Made by a program: the position numbers and the translations under genes. This document shows positions 58,683 through 64,000 of a stretch of DNA of 64,000 nt, piece after piece. The notes beneath the pieces were generated by a model. It worked only from the letters and a program-made list of their open reading frames with translations, was not told the origin of the DNA and did no database searches. The first letter of the stretch is position 1. Each line of letters opens with the position of its first letter. The DNA lies in NCBI GenBank assembly GCA_963674705.1, contig OY771506.1, positions 256,001 through 320,000 on the forward strand, read 5' to 3'. The stretch comes from Phycisphaeraceae bacterium (GTDB lineage: Bacteria > Planctomycetota > Phycisphaerae > Phycisphaerales > Phycisphaeraceae).

Positions 58683-60083
58683 GTGAAACTGCATTTTCTC
58701 GGCGCGAATCGACAAGTCACCGGCTCACGCTACCTGCTCGAGGCGGCGGGCAAGCGGATCATGATCGACTGCGGCATGTTCCAGGAACGGCGGTTCCAGG
58801 ACCGCAACTACGGCCCCCCGCCGGTCGACCTGAACAGCATCGACTACCTGCTGCTGACCCATGCCCACCTCGACCACTGCGGGCTGATCCCCAAGATGGT
58901 CAAGCACGGATTCAAGGCCCCGATCATCACGATCGATCCGTCGGCTGACCTCGCCGAGATCATCATGCTGGATTCAGCACATATCCAGGAAGAGGATGCC
59001 CGGTACAAAAAGAAACGCCATCAGAAGCAAGGCAAGAAGGCGAAGTTCGGGTATGAGCCTCTGTATACCGGAGAAGATGCGGCCAAGGCCGTCGAACTGT
59101 TCGATCCCTGCGCGTACGGCGAGGCGGTCCACCTCGGCGACGAAATCACCGTCTTCTTCCACGAGGCCGGGCATATCCTCGGCTCGGCATTCATCGAAAT
59201 CACCGTCAAGGAAAACGGCAAGCGGCAGACGCTGATCATGTCAGGCGACATCGGGCAGTGGGACAAGCCGTTGATCAACGACCCGCAACTGTTCGACCGC
59301 GCGGACTACATCGTCATGGAATCAACCTACGGCGACCGGCTGCACAAGGAGTCCGGGCCGATCGAAGATCAGCTTGAAAAGATCGTGAACGATACAGCGG
59401 AGCGCGGTGGGAACATCATCATCCCAACGTTCGCGGTCGAGCGCGCGCAGGAGCTGGTCTACTACATGGGCGTGCTGGCGGACGCCGACCGCATCCCGGA
59501 TATCGGCGTCTACCTCGACAGCCCGATGGCGGTGAAGGTGACGAAGGTGTTCGATCGCTGGTGCAAGTACCTGGAAGAAGAATCACGCTGCGCACCGGGC
59601 GGCGGTGTGGATGTGTTGAAGTTCCCGGGGTTCAAGCTGATCAGCGATACGGCCGACTCGATCGCGCTGAACAGTTTGAAGGGGCCGAACGTGATCATGT
59701 CCAGCTCGGGCATGTGCACGGGCGGACGCATCAAGCACCACCTCAAGCACAACATCACCCGCGCCGATTCGACAGTCGTCTTCGTCGGCTACCAGGCCGA
59801 AGGCACGCTCGGACGCATCCTTTCCAATGGAATCGACAAGGTCCGCATCCACGGCGAAGAATGGCCCGTCCGCGCCAAGATCGCCCACCTGCACGGCCTA
59901 AGCGCCCACGGCGACCGCGACGACCTCTTACGCTGGCTCAGCGCCTGCAAGAAACCGCCGAAGCAACTGTTTCTGACACACGGTGAAGAAAAAAGCGCCA
60001 ATGCGCTGGCAGGTGTGATCAGTAATAAACTTGGGTGGGCGGTGAGTGTGCCGGAGTATGAGGAGGTGGCGGAGTTGGGGTAA
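58683..60083 (+). CDS. MBL-fold beta-CASP ribonuclease
   Basis: THAHLDHCG, AGHILGS, SGD, MESTYG, GYQAEGT, SAHGD, THGE. Confidence 0.92.
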   Translation: MKLHFLGANRQVTGSRYLLEAAGKRIMIDCGMFQERRFQDRNYGPPPVDLNSIDYLLLTHAHLDHCGLIPKMVKHGFKAPIITIDPSADLAEIIMLDSAHIQEEDARYKKKRHQKQGKKAKFGYEPLYTGEDAAKAVELFDPCAYGEAVHLGDEITVFFHEAGHILGSAFIEITVKENGKRQTLIMSGDIGQWDKPLINDPQLFDRADYIVMESTYGDRLHKESGPIEDQLEKIVNDTAERGGNIIIPTFAVERAQELVYYMGVLADADRIPDIGVYLDSPMAVKVTKVFDRWCKYLEEESRCAPGGGVDVLKFPGFKLISDTADSIALNSLKGPNVIMSSSGMCTGGRIKHHLKHNITRADSTVVFVGYQAEGTLGRILSNGIDKVRIHGEEWPVRAKIAHLHGLSAHGDRDDLLRWLSACKKPPKQLFLTHGEEKSANALAGVISNKLGWAVSVPEYEEVAELG

Positions 60084-60129
60084 CGCGGCCAAAATGAAGG
60101 TTGCATATCAACACTCACGTTAGATATGT

Positions 60130-60855
60130 CTAGCGGACCTCGCTGCCGTGAGATCCCACGGATGTCTTGCTTTTGAGTGCTTGCTCAATCCAATCAAACG
60201 CCTTGGGATTGTTGAGATAATCCAGTGAGTCGCCTAACAGGTCCGACATGGGTTCGAGCACCGTGACGGGCTTACCGGTCTTCGTACTACGCGTTAGTGC
60301 GGCGAAGTAGATCGCGTGCGTTGCGTTGTCAATCGTGTCTGACCTTAGCACAATCATGTATCCATTCGTGAAGGATTCGTGGCTGTGACTCTTCCCGGTT
60401 GATTGTTCCAGTAACTTACAAAATTCCTCTATTTGGGACGCATCAACAACCTCAACCAGCGGCTTGGAGAAGGCTAAATCCAACTCATCCATCCGCCAAC
60501 CCGGCATGCTGTGGATCTCTATCACAGCGATATCGTCGACTTCAAGATCCCAGAAGTATTGAGCGATAGCCCTTTTACTCAGGCCAGCATAGATGGCTAC
60601 CACACCTAGCAACACAGAAAATGCCAGGAAACTCACCATCAAGATGAGTTTTTGTGTTGGGTGCTCCTCGTCTGGGAAACCCAATGATTGGCATGTGATT
60701 TTGTCACGAAAAATAATTGCGAGAGAAGTACCTATCATCAACAGCAGCGACAGCCCGCCGAATACAACTGGCACTACAACACCGTCGCCAAGTTGATCTG
60801 ATGATGGGAAAACCATAGACAAACAGCATGACATTGTGTGCGGGTGATACTGCAC
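60130..60855 (-). CDS. Hypothetical membrane protein
   Basis: Two N-terminal TM helices; start uncertain. Confidence 0.55.
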   Translation of the reverse strand: MQYHPHTMSCCLSMVFPSSDQLGDGVVVPVVFGGLSLLLMIGTSLAIIFRDKITCQSLGFPDEEHPTQKLILMVSFLAFSVLLGVVAIYAGLSKRAIAQYFWDLEVDDIAVIEIHSMPGWRMDELDLAFSKPLVEVVDASQIEEFCKLLEQSTGKSHSHESFTNGYMIVLRSDTIDNATHAIYFAALTRSTKTGKPVTVLEPMSDLLGDSLDYLNNPKAFDWIEQALKSKTSVGSHGSEVR

Positions 60856-60865
60856 GACAGCACCC

Positions 60866-61240
60866 CTACTTAAACGGCTTGACGATCCGTTTCACCTTTT
60901 CACCCACTGACAGGTGTTTCCAGTCAGTGAATTCGCCGGCGTCGAAGAAGGCTCCGCCGCAGGTGGCGCATTGTTCGTACTGGATGTGGGGCTGGTCGGG
61001 CATGGCGATCTTGATGAGTTTGGCGGTACAGCGCGGGCAGTTGATGTCGCGGATGGCGTTCATCTGTTTGCCTTTTTCGGGGTCGCCGGTGTCGATGCGG
61101 TCTTCGCTGCCGCGGATGTCCTTGAGGTGGTCGTGTTCGCGCAGGTCGAACCAGATGCCGTCGCATTGGCCGCAGCAGTCGACCTCGTATTCATCGACCG
61201 AGACCTTGTGCATCGGGCTGTTGCATTTGGGGCAGTTCAT
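60866..61240 (-). CDS. Double zinc-ribbon (zf-TFIIB-like) protein
   Basis: CPKC..CGQCDGIWFD and CPRC..CATCGGAFFDAGE; GGAGG RBS. Confidence 0.85.
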   Translation of the reverse strand: MNCPKCNSPMHKVSVDEYEVDCCGQCDGIWFDLREHDHLKDIRGSEDRIDTGDPEKGKQMNAIRDINCPRCTAKLIKIAMPDQPHIQYEQCATCGGAFFDAGEFTDWKHLSVGEKVKRIVKPFK

Positions 61241-61378
61241 TGTTGGCCTCCAGGAAAAGAAAAGTTGACAGGCTGATTGTATCGCAAGAGCGGGATCGGG
61301 GGTGTCCCGTTTTTGTGTTTAGTATTGATGGGGAGTGCAGAAGTGGAGAAAGGCCTGGAGCCTGTTTCGAGTTGATTT

Positions 61379-61715
61379 TTAGCCACCGATGAACACGGAT
61401 GAACACAGATTAAAGCAAGAAAATGACAGGGGTACCGGATTGATCGCGGTAGGAAGTCAGCAATTGAACAGGTAGCATGATGATCACCCCGCAGGGGTGT
61501 CGGATTGTAGCCACGGGTGAAGCGACGCGTAACCCGTGGAAGATGAGGCGGAAGTTGCGCTTCGCCCCGTAAGGGGTGAAGGGAATACCCCCGCCGCCCC
61601 TGCCGGGGCAGAATAGATATCACTGCGCTACATATCCACGGGTTGCGCTGCGCTTCACCCGTGGCTACATGCCGTTACCCCTTCGGGGCAATTATCCGTG
61701 TTCATCGGTGGCTAA
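61379..61715. repeat. Nested inverted-repeat element (MITE/REPIN-like)
   Basis: Perfect 22-bp outer IR (61379-61400/61694-61715), perfect 19-bp inner IR (61506-61524/61651-61669), several CCCC-GGGG hairpins. Confidence 0.8.
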
Positions 61716-61743
61716 TTGCCTTCTTTTTCAGAATAGAGTGCAA

Positions 61744-62568
61744 TCAGTTGGTGGATTCGGGGAGGTTGTTTTGTTTGTGGCTGGCGCGGCGGTGGTAGTA
61801 GAGGACGAAGGCGATGAAGATGGGGCTGAGCATCCAGTACTGTTTGAGGAAGAGCGTGATCGGGTTAACGTTGCTGAGCATGGCGAGGAAGGGTAATGCG
61901 AGGATCAGGCCGAGGGTGATGGCGCGTGCGAGGGGTGTGGTGTAGAGGTGCGGGCGGAGGTTGGGGTGTTTTTCGATGATGAGCCAGGCGATGTAGCCGG
62001 CGACGATGCCGAACGCGGCGCCGGCCAGGACGTCGGAGACGTAATGCTTCATGACGGTGAGGCGCATCATGCCGACGAGGCTTGCGAGGGTAAAGAGGAT
62101 GGGCACGATGGCGCGGGAGGCCGGGACCGAAGCGCGGACGACGTAAGGCGTCAGCGCAGTGGCGATCGCGAAGGCGGTGGCGGTGTCGCCTGAGGGGAAG
62201 GAGGATTCGGAGCGTGCGAAGTCGTGCTGAAGCTGCGGCTGCTGCATGATCTCGATGCGCTGCGCGGGGCGGACGCGGCCGGTGATGAACTTGGCGGGTG
62301 TGACCAGCGGGATGATCAACAGCATCGCGATGAGCGCCGCCATCGTCGGGCGCACCTGCCTGGTGATAAGCAGCATGATCAAAAGCAGCCAGATAGAGAG
62401 CCAGGCTTTACCCAGTTCGCGCAGCGGGCTCAGCCACATGTTTTCGTGGAGGGTCGGCTGGTTTTCGAGGAATCTCTGGAACAGCCATTGATCGACGTAC
62501 AGATACGACCCCAGCGCAAGCAGCAGCAAGGCAGTTACCGCGATCAATAAATAGTGGATTGGTTTCAT
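61744..62568 (-). CDS. PAP2-family membrane phosphatase
   Basis: K..GRVRP, SFPSGD (His position holds Asp), R..HYVSDV. Confidence 0.85.
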   Translation of the reverse strand: MKPIHYLLIAVTALLLLALGSYLYVDQWLFQRFLENQPTLHENMWLSPLRELGKAWLSIWLLLIMLLITRQVRPTMAALIAMLLIIPLVTPAKFITGRVRPAQRIEIMQQPQLQHDFARSESSFPSGDTATAFAIATALTPYVVRASVPASRAIVPILFTLASLVGMMRLTVMKHYVSDVLAGAAFGIVAGYIAWLIIEKHPNLRPHLYTTPLARAITLGLILALPFLAMLSNVNPITLFLKQYWMLSPIFIAFVLYYHRRASHKQNNLPESTN

Positions 62569-62768
62569 GGTACGCCCCCCCGGGTCGTTCAGTCATACTA
62601 GCCGAGTTCCCACTATCAGGATCGGCCCTGCTGGTTGGAAAGTATACGCCAAACGCTGCTGCACGGTTCAGATTACCCTCTGAACAGGTTTCGCTTACGG
62701 ATTTATAACGCAGTGAACATGAAGAGAACATGAACACGGAAGAAGTCGTTTAGTGAGGCAGACCGGGC

Positions 62769-64000
62769 TTAACCGCCCTTCTCGACCGCAAGGATGGTTT
62801 CGCGTTTGCCGTTGGAATAGTTCATCCCGGTGACTTGGCCGAGGATGGAAACGTCCGCGGGTTTGGGGTCGGCCTGCTCGTAGAGGTCCTGCGGGATGAT
62901 GAGCACGGCATGCTGTTTGTCGGCAAACCACTTGGCGACCTGGCCGTGCCCGACATCCTCGATGTGCCTGTCGATGTAGAAGTTGAGCGAAGGTTCGCGG
63001 AAGTCGCAGTAGCCGACGGTTGTATCTTTTGATGTCTCGCTGGTGATAATTTTGGCGATGCGGTATGGCATCTTGGTGCCATCGATCGCGGGCAGGACGG
63101 TAAGCAGGATCACAACCATGGCGGCGGCGAAGGTCTTGATCATGATCGGTGTGCTGCGTGTGGTGTCTTCCTTGAGCTGGTACTTATTCACAAAGAACCC
63201 GCCGGTCAGCATGATGGCTGCGGCGACAGCGCCACCGATGTATCCGAGCATGCCGGTTTGCAGGTAGATGGGCACAGCGACCATGGCGATGGCGAGGCCG
63301 GTGTTGACGGCGCCGAAGAACCATATCCCGCCGCGCAGGAGTTTGCCGTCCCATCGGCTAAGCTCGTTTCGATAGCCGGTGATAAACGCGGCGGTGACGA
63401 TCGCGAGTGCGGGGAACGAAAGGATCATGTAGTGCGGCAGCTTGGTCGCGACGAAGGTCATCAGTACGACAACCGGCAGCGCCCAACCGAGTACCAGTTC
63501 CCTACTGATAGTACCGCCCGATCGGCCGCAGGTTGAAGCGAAGACGGCTGCGGGCATGTGCAGCGACCAGGGGTAGAACGTGAAGATCGGGATGATGAAG
63601 TAGTACGGCAGATACAAGAAGAAGTTGCCGCCGTGCGATTCCATCGGGGAAGCGGATCGGTCGATGACGTGTTTGCCGATACCGAGCCGGAGGAACTCGC
63701 CGTGGGTCGCGTTGTTAGCGGGGATGGCCCAGGCGATGAAGATGCCGCACGCCAGCAGGACCGCGATCAATGCGGGGCCGAAGGTCCGCCAGAATTTGGT
63801 GGGATTATCTGCAGGTTTTGCGATCAGCAGAGTGGTCATCGCCGACGCGTGCATGAGCTTCGCGATGAAGAACATGAAACGGTTGCGCTCGCCGGGTGGC
63901 TCATGCATGATCTGGCTGAGTATTGGACCGGCATTGACTTCGTGGAGTTTGCGCAACCAGAGCACGACGAGCATGATCAGCAGCGGCAGCAGGCCTACCG
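62769..64000 (-). CDS. ArnT/GT39-like membrane glycosyltransferase (5' end outside window)
   Basis: PVGL, YY..F.PWS, ATKLPHY..FPALA; polytopic. Confidence 0.8.
   Translation of the reverse strand, partial: VGLLPLLIMLVVLWLRKLHEVNAGPILSQIMHEPPGERNRFMFFIAKLMHASAMTTLLIAKPADNPTKFWRTFGPALIAVLLACGIFIAWAIPANNATHGEFLRLGIGKHVIDRSASPMESHGGNFFLYLPYYFIIPIFTFYPWSLHMPAAVFASTCGRSGGTISRELVLGWALPVVVLMTFVATKLPHYMILSFPALAIVTAAFITGYRNELSRWDGKLLRGGIWFFGAVNTGLAIAMVAVPIYLQTGMLGYIGGAVAAAIMLTGGFFVNKYQLKEDTTRSTPIMIKTFAAAMVVILLTVLPAIDGTKMPYRIAKIITSETSKDTTVGYCDFREPSLNFYIDRHIEDVGHGQVAKWFADKQHAVLIIPQDLYEQADPKPADVSILGQVTGMNYSNGKRETILAVEKGG

Overview
GC-rich bacterial chromosome segment; gene content suggests Planctomycetota/Phycisphaerae (inference). 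1-16.4 kb: six PEP-CTERM surface-protein genes interspersed with hisF, a degraded second hisF copy, a sugar-binding protein, a GH17 glycosidase and a phosphodiester glycosidase. 16.5-35.1 kb: tsf/rpsB, a sulfatase, an exosortase-EPS export operon (wza, exosortase-EpsI, giant TPR, wzc-like, epimerase, wecA-like) and gpsA. 35.3-40.6 kb is the most unusual part: a REP-associated HUH tyrosine transposase (RAYT) heads an island cut into pieces by about 8 copies of the palindrome AAACGGGGTCTGACCCCGTTT. Between the palindromes lie AT-rich cassettes that look like truncated toxin tip plus immunity gene, an IS4-like end, a second RAYT 5' end, and an IS30 shell carrying a GspE/PilB ATPase. 40.8-64 kb: ECF sigma/large anti-sigma, two PilZ genes, a pilT-pilC-minor pilin-fibro-slime cluster, a seventh PEP-CTERM gene, a FabF plus catalytically dead KS pair, a beta-CASP nuclease, PAP2 and a partial ArnT-like gene. 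No rRNA, tRNA or CRISPR array was recognised. All family calls come from motif recognition by eye, not database searches.
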